Shown here piece by piece: positions 18,632 to 28,369 of a stretch of DNA of 64,000 bases. Position 1 is the stretch's first letter. The number at the start of each line of letters is the position of its first letter. The translations under genes were made by a program, and so were the position numbers. The notes beneath the pieces were generated by a model. It saw only the letters and a program-made list of their open reading frames with translations, was not told the DNA's origin and made no database searches. The DNA lies in the IMG/VR virus record IMGVR_UViG_3300021520_000002, positions 221,573 to 285,572 of that record. One strand, 5' to 3'.

Positions 18632-19802
18632 TATTAATTTTTTTCATTCTAACTATTGTTGTTGCTAACAATTTTTCTTGTGGAACATCTTCAGCTGTGA
18701 AGTATTCAACAAATTCATCAAATAATTGTTTATTATCTTTATATTCTTGAGTAACAACAGTATGATATATTTGAAGATAAGTATATTCTGGATGTTTTTC
18801 TTGAATATAATTAGCAAAATAAGGTAACCACAATTTATATAAAATTTCTTTACTTACTTTAATTTTATATGGTGGTAAGCTTGGATTGATTGTAATTACA
18901 GATCTTGCCGAAAACTCAATAGTTTTACCAAGAACAGATGATCTTATAAGACCCCATTTTCCAGATATATTTTCAAATACTTTTTCATATACCTTATCAA
19001 CATAATATTGATATTTAGCGGTCATTCTATCATATTCCTGAATCATTTGTTCTACAATTTCATCATCTAATTGTTCTTTCATACTTTTGTTAATTCTTAA
19101 TAACCAATCTTCTTCTTTATCATCTTTAACACTTCTTGTTGAAGCATTAGATTTATTTAATTGAACTAAACTAATATAAGGTTTATTCACTTCTGTATAT
19201 CTAAAACTTTCAGGTTTATTTGGATCTCTTATTACCGGCCGAACTTCAGGAGGTAATACTTTTATTGTATCCATTATATAACCTTTATCAAATAATTCTT
19301 GAGCTACAGCAATATGCATATAGTCCGCTAAATATTTTAAACAAAGAATAAAACTATATATTCCTGTTATTCTTAATGGTATAATATACCATCCATTTAT
19401 TTTATTAATTGAATCAACAATTTTTAATTTAGTTGTGTCACCAGATAATGCAAGAAATCTTGATGTTGCAGCTGTTGCATCTGCTCTTCTTGGATTTAAT
19501 AAATGTTTATGTGTTCCAACTATTTTCTTAAAATACTTTGTTCTTTTTGTTGGTTTAATAACCGGAAAAATTAAATTTATTTTACCGAAAGTTGATAATC
19601 TTGATTCATTACTAATACACATTACTCCACATTTATCACAAATATTTCCTTGATCAAGAACTTTTACTGATAATTTACCACATTTACATGTAAAATCTTT
19701 TATTGGTCCAAATATACTTTCACTAAAAAGTCCATCTTCATCAAACTTATTCTGTTTGTTAAAGATCTTGGGACTTGTTACTTCGCCTCGGTACTGTCCC
19801 AA
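18612..19802 (-). CDS. phage RNA polymerase beta-prime-like subunit, N-terminal part
   Basis: DGLFSESIFGP, Zn-finger CKCG..CDKCGV, VLPPEVRP, GKWGLIRSSVLGKTIEFSARSVI. Confidence 0.92.
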   Translation of the reverse strand: MGQYRGEVTSPKIFNKQNKFDEDGLFSESIFGPIKDFTCKCGKLSVKVLDQGNICDKCGVMCISNESRLSTFGKINLIFPVIKPTKRTKYFKKIVGTHKHLLNPRRADATAATSRFLALSGDTTKLKIVDSINKINGWYIIPLRITGIYSFILCLKYLADYMHIAVAQELFDKGYIMDTIKVLPPEVRPVIRDPNKPESFRYTEVNKPYISLVQLNKSNASTRSVKDDKEEDWLLRINKSMKEQLDDEIVEQMIQEYDRMTAKYQYYVDKVYEKVFENISGKWGLIRSSVLGKTIEFSARSVITINPSLPPYKIKVSKEILYKLWLPYFANYIQEKHPEYTYLQIYHTVVTQEYKDNKQLFDEFVEYFTAEDVPQEKLLATTIVRMKKINIEEEDE

Positions 19803-19817
19803 TATACGCCTCCTTTT

Positions 19818-20276
19818 TTATTTTTTTCTGGCATCGTCGAGGATACGTTCAACTTCATCTGTTACTAGATTTTTCTTTGTATTTATTTTTCCCAATTTTT
19901 CAGCTTCTCTTTGAGCTTCTATATTTGCATCTCTCAAATCTCTTTTATTTTTACAAACTTCTTCATGTTGTTCACTAAATGGAACTTTTGCTCTAATTGG
20001 CATATTTAATAAATGATAATCATCAGTTTTTAAACTTTTATCAAATGTTGGAGATATTCTAAATTTAAATCTGATAACATCTTGACTTGTTTTACTTGAT
20101 TTTGTTTTATAACAAACAAATTTACCAAGTTGTCTTATAGCACAAGCTCCATCGGTTATAGTTTTATTAACAACTTCATCAAAAATTTCATCTGCTATTT
20201 GTTTTATAGGAGCATTTGGAAATCTTCTTTTCAGTTTATTTTCAATATCATCTGGAAGACTATATTTCGACATCAA
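19818..20276 (-). CDS. HU/IHF-like DNA-binding protein
   Basis: IFDEV..CAIRQLGKF..IRFKFRISPTF pattern. Confidence 0.55.
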   Translation of the reverse strand: MMSKYSLPDDIENKLKRRFPNAPIKQIADEIFDEVVNKTITDGACAIRQLGKFVCYKTKSSKTSQDVIRFKFRISPTFDKSLKTDDYHLLNMPIRAKVPFSEQHEEVCKNKRDLRDANIEAQREAEKLGKINTKKNLVTDEVERILDDARKK

Positions 20277-20295
20277 TTCCCTCCCAAGTTTTGTT

Positions 20296-20679
20296 TTATA
20301 AAGTCATTATACAAAGACGTTGATCATTTTTAATAATTGTATTATGTTGTAAAGGTACAACACAAGCATATTTTTCTTTAATAAATCTTACATCAATTTT
20401 ATCTGCCATATCACTAGGAATTTTAATACTTTTATAATCATCAGAATTAACTTCTGTTCCAACTGGAACATAATAAGTTCTACCCTGCATCATTTGAAGT
20501 TTACCATTGATAATAGAAACTTTATTTACTTCTCCTGTTGAATTATGAGTATATGCAACTACTGGAACATTTTCAATTTCTGTTTTTACAACAATTATTT
20601 TAGGTAAATTTTTTCTTTCTTCTTCTTTAAGTAATTCTTGTATTGATTCGTCCTGATCAAATTCTGTTGCTAAATTCAT
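20296..20679 (-). CDS. hypothetical protein
   Basis: ATG after GGAGG. Confidence 0.65.
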   Translation of the reverse strand: MNLATEFDQDESIQELLKEEERKNLPKIIVVKTEIENVPVVAYTHNSTGEVNKVSIINGKLQMMQGRTYYVPVGTEVNSDDYKSIKIPSDMADKIDVRFIKEKYACVVPLQHNTIIKNDQRLCIMTL

Positions 20680-20691
20680 TACATCCTCCAA

Positions 20692-21078
20692 TTATATTTT
20701 AATTTTCAAACATGCCCTAGCTAGAGCTATAATATGTTTACAACCTGATGGTATATTAAATTCGTTTTTTTCTTTTGGTCTCTTGATAATTGATCTTAAG
20801 AAAGCTATAGCATTTATTAAACTACCAGCTTTAAATACAGCATTAGCAAATTCAAATTTAAAGCTTTCACAATTACATGTAACTTTTACAGAAGATTTAA
20901 GATTTATTTTATTATCATAAATTTCTATAATTTGTTCATATTTATCAGTTCTACTTTTTACTTCAATACCATATTCTGTTTTCTTCGGAATAATAGATAA
21001 TAATCTTATTTTATCAACAAGTTTTTCTCTATCTTTAAAGGCTGTTGGAAATCTAATAAAATCATTAAGTGTAAGCAA
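20692..21078 (-). CDS. SWIM Zn-finger protein
   Basis: CNCESF...CKHIIA. Confidence 0.75.
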   Translation of the reverse strand: MLTLNDFIRFPTAFKDREKLVDKIRLLSIIPKKTEYGIEVKSRTDKYEQIIEIYDNKINLKSSVKVTCNCESFKFEFANAVFKAGSLINAIAFLRSIIKRPKEKNEFNIPSGCKHIIALARACLKIKI

Positions 21079-21087
21079 TATAACCTC

Positions 21088-21393
21088 CTATCCATTCGAC
21101 ATTACTGATCCTGCTGCTGTTATAATACTACCATTTATACATCCAGCAACAGTATCACCAAGTCGAGCTACACCAAGATTATTTGCCATTACAGTTGGAC
21201 TTGCAGATACTATAGTAGTAGAATGTCCACAGAAACCTATACCAATATCACCCATTCTAGCTTGTCCCATATTTTCAGTCATTACATTTGGACTTGCTGT
21301 AATTATTATTCCAGATGAACTTATACATGGTGGTTTAGCATGACAACAACAAACACCTATAAACATATCATTCATTCTTGCATTTCCTGGCAT
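21088..21393 (-). CDS. PAAR-like baseplate spike tip protein
   Basis: three ARxxD repeats (NARMND, QARMGD, VARLGD), I(I/V)xASPxV, Cys/His ligands. Confidence 0.88.
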   Translation of the reverse strand: MPGNARMNDMFIGVCCCHAKPPCISSSGIIITASPNVMTENMGQARMGDIGIGFCGHSTTIVSASPTVMANNLGVARLGDTVAGCINGSIITAAGSVMSNG

Positions 21394-21402
21394 AATTTCC
21401 TC

Positions 21403-22548
21403 CTAACCAATTAAGTACCAATATATTTTCCAACCATTTTCAACGAAAATCCAATCATAGGTCCATTTATCTCCAGTTTGTGTCCAATATCTTGTCCAAT
21501 CGGCACCAACTCCTGGCTCTGTTGCTGATGAAGATCTATGTTTAAGAATACAAGTATAAATATGATCACCATTGTAAAGAACTCTATCAATTTTATAAGA
21601 TTTATTAGTAATCCAATTATCATATAAAGTTACACCTGGTTCTGTTTGAGATGATGCTGTATGATTTCTTAAACATCTATAAACTAAATTATTACTTGCA
21701 TAAATTATATTATCAGTAATGTAAGCTGTTCCAGAAGTCCAATTACCATATAAATCAACACCTGGTTCATTTCTATTTGATGATGTATGATCTAATAAAC
21801 ACCCATAAACATGAGTAGACAAATATAATGCTTGTCCTTGACCATAAGCTGTAGCTAATATCCAATCACCATCATATAAACCAACATAAGTCCAACCAAA
21901 TTCTCTTAATATTTCTAATAAATACATAACAAATAATTGTTGATTTCTAGCATCAAATCCTGGAACTGGAGTTACTCTTGGGTGTGCGTTTGTCATATAA
22001 ATTGATCTAAGACCAAGACCAGAACCAAGACTATATCTAAATTCTTCCAAATTTGCCGTATCAGATGCATCTCCACCATCTATAAGAGCTTTTAAATCTA
22101 TATATCCATCTGCTATTTCTATTTCACCAGTTGTTGGATCTGGTGGAGGATCTGGATCTGGTGGTATTGTAGGTTCTGGTGGTGGAGTTGCCGATAAATC
22201 AAATAAAGATTCATAAAATGGAACACCAACAGTTAATATATCAGACCAATTTTCATATAAGCTTCTTATATCTTCACCAGCAATAAGTTCTGGAATTGGT
22301 GGAGCTTGAACTGGTAAATTCATACTGAATTTAATAGCTATATACCCATATAAAGGTAATAGAAAATCAGTCATTGAAGCTTTAACAGCACCAATCTTAT
22401 AACTATCATAAGAAGTTTGTAAATCTGTTAAAAATCCATTCATAATAGATAATAATTCTGGTTTATTTGTATAACTAGTTTCATTTATTCTTGTTGTCCA
22501 ATGACTTTGAGCTAAAGGTATCCATGTTGCGATCTGACGTAATAACAT
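21403..22548 (-). CDS. virion protein with C-terminal CBM5/12-like repeats
   Basis: three YxCxxxHxS...EPGV...W modules; Pro-rich linker. Confidence 0.7.
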   Translation of the reverse strand: MLLRQIATWIPLAQSHWTTRINETSYTNKPELLSIMNGFLTDLQTSYDSYKIGAVKASMTDFLLPLYGYIAIKFSMNLPVQAPPIPELIAGEDIRSLYENWSDILTVGVPFYESLFDLSATPPPEPTIPPDPDPPPDPTTGEIEIADGYIDLKALIDGGDASDTANLEEFRYSLGSGLGLRSIYMTNAHPRVTPVPGFDARNQQLFVMYLLEILREFGWTYVGLYDGDWILATAYGQGQALYLSTHVYGCLLDHTSSNRNEPGVDLYGNWTSGTAYITDNIIYASNNLVYRCLRNHTASSQTEPGVTLYDNWITNKSYKIDRVLYNGDHIYTCILKHRSSSATEPGVGADWTRYWTQTGDKWTYDWIFVENGWKIYWYLIG

Positions 22549-22636
22549 TTTTCCTCCGAAAAATATTTGATATTAAATTTATTATTTCTATAAATAAATA
22601 GAAATTTTATTTTAAAAAGAAAAGATCAAGAAAAGT

Positions 22637-22668
22637 TCAGGAGTCTACCATTTAAGATAGACTCCTGA
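22637..22668 (-). terminator. intrinsic terminator
   Basis: TCAGGAGTCTA/TAGACTCCTGA stem with U-tract on - strand. Confidence 0.75.
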
Positions 22669-22749
22669 TTTGTACATCAACCATTTTCCATTTTTTGTAT
22701 AAAATTTTATTTTTAAATAATATTTCAAATTAAAATCTTTTTAATTAGT

Positions 22750-22791
22750 TCAATGAACTGGGTACCATGTTACAGAATAACTACTTTCCAT
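22750..22791 (-). CDS. putative 13-aa peptide MESSYSVTWYPVH
   Basis: SD AAGGAGG, two tandem promoter motifs (22833, 22866), terminator at 22637. Confidence 0.45.
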   Translation of the reverse strand: MESSYSVTWYPVH

Positions 22792-23463
22792 TTAGCCCTT
22801 CCTCCTTTTTTGAGTTTTGCTACATTCAATTATTTCTATATTAAATAACTGAATATACAAATTAATTTCTATATGAAATGATTAAATATTAACTTTATTT
22901 GAACTGAATAATTTCAACTTTTTAAATATAAAGTTTAAATTAATCTGAACAATATGTATATAGAATTGAATAAGAAAAAATAATGTTCATCTTTAATATA
23001 GAAATAATACTCAAAAAGAAAAAGTGGGAAGGGATAAAAAAAGTAATGGTTATAAAGAGTAAGTCAATAATGTTGTTCATGTCTATCAACATTAACTATA
23101 CTCTTCCATATAAAACTTCGATTGTTATTATCTGTAGATTCGACTGCCATGCTATCCTTTCTTTAAGAAACAGATTCAGAAAAGAACCAAAGAATTTCAG
23201 TAATTTCTATTTGAAGATACAGATAAAAGATTCAACTTCAAAATCATTTGGTTAGGAATTTCAAAAACTATTCCTTAATTTATTTACGGCCGGCGCGCGA
23301 GCTAAAAATAGTAAAAATAATTTTTCTATTTTCCTATAGAAATAATAATTTTGTAAAAAGTGAAATGTTGACATCGATGTGCCTATCAATGTCAGCGGCT
23401 AACTCTTATCGTCTTTAAATAAAAAAGATCATTAGACGATTGATCTAAAAAACAGGAGGTAGT

Positions 23464-24309
23464 ATGGTGTATAAAGAACGCTTTATAGCTGTTGTTAAGG
23501 TTAATGGTTCTATCTTACGGGAAAGAGGAGAATCAAGAGATGAAGTTTATATCCCATTTGGTAGTGAATATTCTCTACTTCTTAAAAATAAGGAAAGTAG
23601 AAAAGCACAAGTTCAAGTTCAGATTGATGGGGTGGATGTTCTTGGTGGAAATTCATTAGTTTTAGAACCATTCCAAGAAATGGAACTTGAAAGATTTCTT
23701 GATAGTTGTAATATGAGTCAAGGAAATAAATTCAAATTTATTCAGAAGACTCAACAAATAGTTGAACATCGTGGAGATAAAATTGATGATGGATTCATAA
23801 CAGTTATATTTCAGTTTGAAGCTGAAAAACCTGAAAAGAAAATTGTTGAAGAACATCATCATCATACTTATCATGATCATTATCCGTGGAGAGTATATCC
23901 AACATATTATAGTAGTAATCCAGTTTTCACATCTGGATTAACTAGAGGCAGTTGTACTGGTGAAAATCTTGGTGGAGTTTTTTCTTCCAATATTTCATCT
24001 AATATTTCTGATTCAATACAAGTTAATTCTTGTAATTTTGCCGATATTAAACAAGCACCAATAATTGATCAAGATGAAGGAATAACTGTTAAAGGGAGTA
24101 TTTCTAATCAACAATTTAGATATGCTTATATCGGCAGATTGGAAGAAAATTCTCATACAATTAACATTAGATTGAAAGGAACAAAATCTAATGGTGTTGT
24201 TGTTGATCAACCAATAACAGTTAAAACTAAGTTAGAATGTAAAACTTGCGGAAAGAAGTCTAATTCTAATGAAAAGTTTTGTTCCAATTGTGGAACATTT
24301 TTAAATTAA
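23464..24309 (+). CDS. phage protein with C-terminal Zn ribbon
   Basis: YIPFGSEYSLLLKN..IDG; CKTCG...FCSNCG; SD AGGAGGT. Confidence 0.8.
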   Translation: MVYKERFIAVVKVNGSILRERGESRDEVYIPFGSEYSLLLKNKESRKAQVQVQIDGVDVLGGNSLVLEPFQEMELERFLDSCNMSQGNKFKFIQKTQQIVEHRGDKIDDGFITVIFQFEAEKPEKKIVEEHHHHTYHDHYPWRVYPTYYSSNPVFTSGLTRGSCTGENLGGVFSSNISSNISDSIQVNSCNFADIKQAPIIDQDEGITVKGSISNQQFRYAYIGRLEENSHTINIRLKGTKSNGVVVDQPITVKTKLECKTCGKKSNSNEKFCSNCGTFLN

Positions 24310-24384
24310 AATAGAGTAAGCTGATAATTGATGGGCACATTTTTCTAATTGTATATAGAAATGGTAGTTTTGGAGGCGGAAAAA

Positions 24385-26079
24385 ATGGATATAGAAATAA
24401 ATAATATGCATGTTTTTGTTAGTAACTATTCTTTTACCGGAGTAGTTAAAACATCACTTGTAAAGGATTTTCATTTATTAAAACTTAAAATTGAATTTTT
24501 TAAAATTTTAAGTAATGATAGTAAAATAATTTCAATGATATCAAAGACTTGTCAAGAAGATCCAAGAAACGGTAACTCTTTAGGACTTGTAAGTACAAAA
24601 GTTGATTATGAAAAAGTTTTGAATTTTTATGATGCGGAAGAATTTAGAAATTATTTGCATTTTATAACGGCAAGACCATTCTTAGATGATAAAGTTAATG
24701 GTCAGTTATGGACAATTGAATTTAAATTTCAGAATGATGTACATTATTATAAGGTGTTATTAAGTACAAATGAAGTGTTAAGATTATATAATGTTGTTAA
24801 TTCTTATTATTCTCTTTATTTTGCTTTAGATTTTATTGTAAAAGAACATTCAAATCTAGCTCCAGTAGAAAAAGTTGAAGAGAAAAAAATAACAGAATAT
24901 ATTCCAAGCAGAAAAGAAGTTGTTGAAGAAAAATTTGAAGTTAAGGAGAGAAATGGAACAGATGATATTTTTGAATTATGTTTAACAAATTCAATTAAGT
25001 CAAGCTTGATTCATTATACAACCAATTATTTTAAATTCTTTTCATCAGAACATTGTAAGATTGTTACTAATGATCAGAAGACACAAATTAAAGTAGTTTG
25101 TCCGATATTAATTCCTGGAAAGTTTAATATTGATGAGAACTATTTTAAATCTTTAATTGTGACATCATCATTACATTTGGATAGTATAACTTTTACAATT
25201 AAGAAGATTTTATCTTTGCTATTACAGAGTTATGATAAATATAATAATCCTCTACATTTAATGATGATTAGTTATTTATTATTTGTATATATGTTAAGAT
25301 ATATTTATGATGTGAACAGAGATATATTTAGAGATTATTTTACTAAATTTATTTGTGTTCCAGAGATGCAGAGACATTTAATTATGAATTTAATTCGTAA
25401 TAATTTTTCGGATTATCACAATAAAATCTTCTTTGATTTTATAGCTGTTAATCCTCAGGATATTATGAATGAACAGACAAATAAAGAAATAAACACATTT
25501 TCTGAAACTTATAAACATCTTCTTCCGATTTCACAAGAAGAATTTGCCGATAAAGTATTCAATAGTCTTAATGGTCAAAATAAAAAATTTCCTGTTGACT
25601 TTAAAATAGCCAACAAGAAAATGATAGACATTAAAAATCTATTTGAAGAGAAACCAAAACAAACATTACAATCAAAATTGTTTGATTATGAAGGAACATT
25701 AGATACAACAGCTGGAATATTTAATGAATATACTTTTTTAAATTATACAAAGAATAATGGAAGTAAAATTATAAGTAAAACATATAAACATCTTTTAGAT
25801 TATATTCAGAATCCATCTTCTCTTCTATTAATGAATGAAAAAGATGTGCCAAAAGATGTTCTTAATTTATTTGATTTACTTTCAAAATCAGTTCTAAATA
25901 CAGAGAAATTAGCTAAGGATAATATATCAACATTAAATTATTATAATATATTAGTTGAATCTTTGCCGAATGCAAATTTATTTAAACATACAACTTTATT
26001 ATATGTTGTATATCAAATCATGGTACCTTATTATTATGATGTCTATGGTACAACACAATTTTATGATAATTTTTTATAG
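24385..26079 (+). CDS. hypothetical protein
   Basis: long ORF, SD GGAGG, promoter motif at 24353. Confidence 0.75.
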   Translation: MDIEINNMHVFVSNYSFTGVVKTSLVKDFHLLKLKIEFFKILSNDSKIISMISKTCQEDPRNGNSLGLVSTKVDYEKVLNFYDAEEFRNYLHFITARPFLDDKVNGQLWTIEFKFQNDVHYYKVLLSTNEVLRLYNVVNSYYSLYFALDFIVKEHSNLAPVEKVEEKKITEYIPSRKEVVEEKFEVKERNGTDDIFELCLTNSIKSSLIHYTTNYFKFFSSEHCKIVTNDQKTQIKVVCPILIPGKFNIDENYFKSLIVTSSLHLDSITFTIKKILSLLLQSYDKYNNPLHLMMISYLLFVYMLRYIYDVNRDIFRDYFTKFICVPEMQRHLIMNLIRNNFSDYHNKIFFDFIAVNPQDIMNEQTNKEINTFSETYKHLLPISQEEFADKVFNSLNGQNKKFPVDFKIANKKMIDIKNLFEEKPKQTLQSKLFDYEGTLDTTAGIFNEYTFLNYTKNNGSKIISKTYKHLLDYIQNPSSLLLMNEKDVPKDVLNLFDLLSKSVLNTEKLAKDNISTLNYYNILVESLPNANLFKHTTLLYVVYQIMVPYYYDVYGTTQFYDNFL

Positions 26080-26090
26080 GAGATGTAATT

Positions 26091-26675
26091 ATGATTATAG
26101 ATGATATGACTATTTATAATAGTGTAGTAGATAGAGATAGAATGAGATCTTTAGCTGAAAAATTAGAAAAAGTTAAAGATCTTGCCGGTGGAGTATGTGA
26201 AGTTGGAGTGTATAGAGGTGGAACGGCAAGATTATTATGTTTAAACACTAATGAAAAAGTATTTCTTATAGATACTTTTGAGGGATTACCACAGGAATGT
26301 GAATTTGATAATCATCACAGAAAAGGTGAATTTAATAACACATCGATTGAACATATTAAAAATATTTTATCTGATTTATCTAATTATGAAATAATTAAAC
26401 AAGAATTTCCTAAAGGTGACACATCTAAACTTGATAATTTAAAATTTAAATTTGTTCATCTCGATGTTGATTTATATGAATCTGTAAAAAATTGTTTAGA
26501 ATATTTTTATCCTAAAATGGTTGATGGTGGATATATAATTTTTGATGATTATGGTTGGTTTCTTTGTCTTGGAGCAAAGAAGGCTGTTGATGAATTTTTT
26601 GTTGAATTAAAAGAAAAACCAGTTCAAGGAGCTAATTGTCAATACTATATTATAAAAGAAGGTGAAAAATGTTAA
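26091..26675 (+). CDS. TylF/MycF/NovP-family O-methyltransferase
   Basis: EVGVYRGG, DTFEGLP, FVHLDVDLYES, IIFDDYG. Confidence 0.9.
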   Translation: MIIDDMTIYNSVVDRDRMRSLAEKLEKVKDLAGGVCEVGVYRGGTARLLCLNTNEKVFLIDTFEGLPQECEFDNHHRKGEFNNTSIEHIKNILSDLSNYEIIKQEFPKGDTSKLDNLKFKFVHLDVDLYESVKNCLEYFYPKMVDGGYIIFDDYGWFLCLGAKKAVDEFFVELKEKPVQGANCQYYIIKEGEKC

Positions 26676-26869
26676 AAGAGATAAAAGAAAATCGAAAATA
26701 TTTTATTATAAATTTAGATGAAAGTTATGCGCCAAAAATATTTCAAGTTTTGAAAGAAGAAGAAATGAAAGCTGGTAGATGGCCAGAAGGTGATATTACA
26801 TTTGAACAATGGATTTTTGATACTTATGGTCAAGAAGGACTAGATTATTTAAAGTTTAATAAAGTTTGA
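26669..26869 (+). CDS. hypothetical protein
   Basis: 66-aa ORF overlapping the methyltransferase gene. Confidence 0.6.
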   Translation: MLKEIKENRKYFIINLDESYAPKIFQVLKEEEMKAGRWPEGDITFEQWIFDTYGQEGLDYLKFNKV

Positions 26870-26967
26870 TATTCAATGAATTTATATAGAAATTAAATGG
26901 TATAGAAAGATAAAAAATATAAAGGATTTTTCGTGACGTATTTTTTGGTCATGTTTTTTCTTTCTGG

Positions 26968-27015
26968 ACAAAAGATTTTGTGAAGTGTTGTAAGATATTT
27001 TACAAAGTCTTTTGT
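26968..27015 (+). terminator. long hairpin with GTAA loop and U-tract upstream of thioredoxin
   Basis: ACAAAAGATTTTGTGAAGTGTT-GTAA-GATATTTTACAAAGTCTTTTGT. Confidence 0.6.
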
Positions 27016-27038
27016 TTGTATTCTTTTTTGGGGGTTTT

Positions 27039-27356
27039 ATGAAAGAATTAAATGATGATAATTTTGCTGAAGAAGTATATACAACTAAAAAACCAATATT
27101 AATTGAGTTTATGGCTCAATGGTGTGTAGTATGTAGAGAATTTGATAAGAAATTGGAACAACTAAAAAAAATTTATGGTGATAAAGTTGTGTTTGCAAAA
27201 GTTGATATAGATGAGAGTTTTAGATTATCATCTGGATTTAATATTGATAAATTACCAACATTTATTTTATACTATAAAAGAGAACCTATGAACTTTATTA
27301 TTGGAGCGGCAAATTTGTCAGAATTTAAAACTGCTATTGATGAAGTTATAAACTAG
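27039..27356 (+). CDS. thioredoxin family protein
   Basis: FMAQWCVVC, KVDID, LPTF. Confidence 0.88.
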   Translation: MKELNDDNFAEEVYTTKKPILIEFMAQWCVVCREFDKKLEQLKKIYGDKVVFAKVDIDESFRLSSGFNIDKLPTFILYYKREPMNFIIGAANLSEFKTAIDEVIN

Positions 27357-27387
27357 CTAATACCTCTTTCCATTTTTTCTCCTTCCT

Positions 27388-27473
27388 TAGGGGTGATAGC
27401 TTTTCCACTATCACCCTACTTTAAACAAATAAAAAACTGGCATTACGTTCTCGATATGAGTCGCGTAATGCCA
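27388..27473. terminator. pair of terminators at a convergent junction
   Basis: GGGTGATAG/CTATCACCC (+) and TGGCATTACG/CGTAATGCCA (-). Confidence 0.7.
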
Positions 27474-27556
27474 ATTTGTTTTGTTTTCTGTTGTAGCCCT
27501 TCTTCCCCTTTTTAGAGGTTTGAGGTCCACCATGTGAAGAGATATAAAGGACTTCC

Positions 27557-27772
27557 TCAACAATTCGCCGATGTTTCAGTTTCTTTTCTTTTTTCATAAT
27601 TATCCTCCATTATCATTTTACTTACAATTGCACATTTATGTTTTTGAACTAAACGAAATTCTTTATGAACTTCTTTGTGTATTTTAGTAGTTTTCTTTTT
27701 TTGAGAAAAACTAACATAAATAACTTTTGGTTTAGGAGTCCAATCTATTATTTCTTCCTCTTCTTCAATCAT
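27557..27772 (-). CDS. hypothetical protein
   Basis: own promoter motif (27808) and SD AGGGGG. Confidence 0.6.
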   Translation of the reverse strand: MIEEEEEIIDWTPKPKVIYVSFSQKKKTTKIHKEVHKEFRLVQKHKCAIVSKMIMEDNYEKRKETETSANC

Positions 27773-27909
27773 GTATCCCCCTTTTTTATAGTTTTATAAA
27801 TATATTATTTCTATATTAAAATGAAGAAAAAACAAAAGGGTCAAGATTTCATGAGCGCGCCCCTTTGCGATACTTCAATCCATATAACCTCCTTGGCCAC
27901 TAGGCCATT

Positions 27910-28122
27910 TTACATAGCTCTTACACAGGTTCCAGCCATTCCACAAACGGAACAGCTTATACCAAGTGAACATCTCGTTTTCTTTTTCGGACGAGTCTTG
28001 TGCAGAACGTCGTTGAAATATTTTCGAGATTTATGTTCAGTTTCAGCCGCTTTGTGTATTTCTACACTTAAAAAAGCGTTCTGAAGCTTACGAGCCAAAG
28101 TTGAATCTTGTAAAATTTGCAT
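27910..28122 (-). CDS. hypothetical basic protein with C-terminal Cys cluster
   Basis: promoter 28156, SD AGGAGGAG, CSLGISCSVCGMAGTC. Confidence 0.65.
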   Translation of the reverse strand: MQILQDSTLARKLQNAFLSVEIHKAAETEHKSRKYFNDVLHKTRPKKKTRCSLGISCSVCGMAGTCVRAM

Positions 28123-28184
28123 GTTCTCCTCCTAGAGTTTTTTGTTACTTTATTATTTCTATATGAAATCTTTAAAAATAAAAA

Positions 28185-28328
28185 CAAACAAAATTTTCAT
28201 ATGATACGAATATCACATGAAAATCTTGCCGGTAGAACAATTTCTTAAACCAGCAAGTGGTTCAGAACAGGAACATCTACAGCCTACTGTAGCGTCCTTC
28301 AACTAAAGGTTACCCTTTAATCTATACT
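28185..28328 (-). ncRNA. structured small RNA, paralog A
   Basis: promoter 28335, five hairpins, terminator; covaries with paralog B. Confidence 0.7.
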
Positions 28329-28369
28329 TATTAATTTCTATATGAAAAGCTTGAATATCAAAAAAAGAA

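Noticed and set aside
22983-23255. 90-aa + strand ORF
   Set aside because: Start lies upstream of a promoter motif, no clear SD and no protein-like motifs; not called as CDS.
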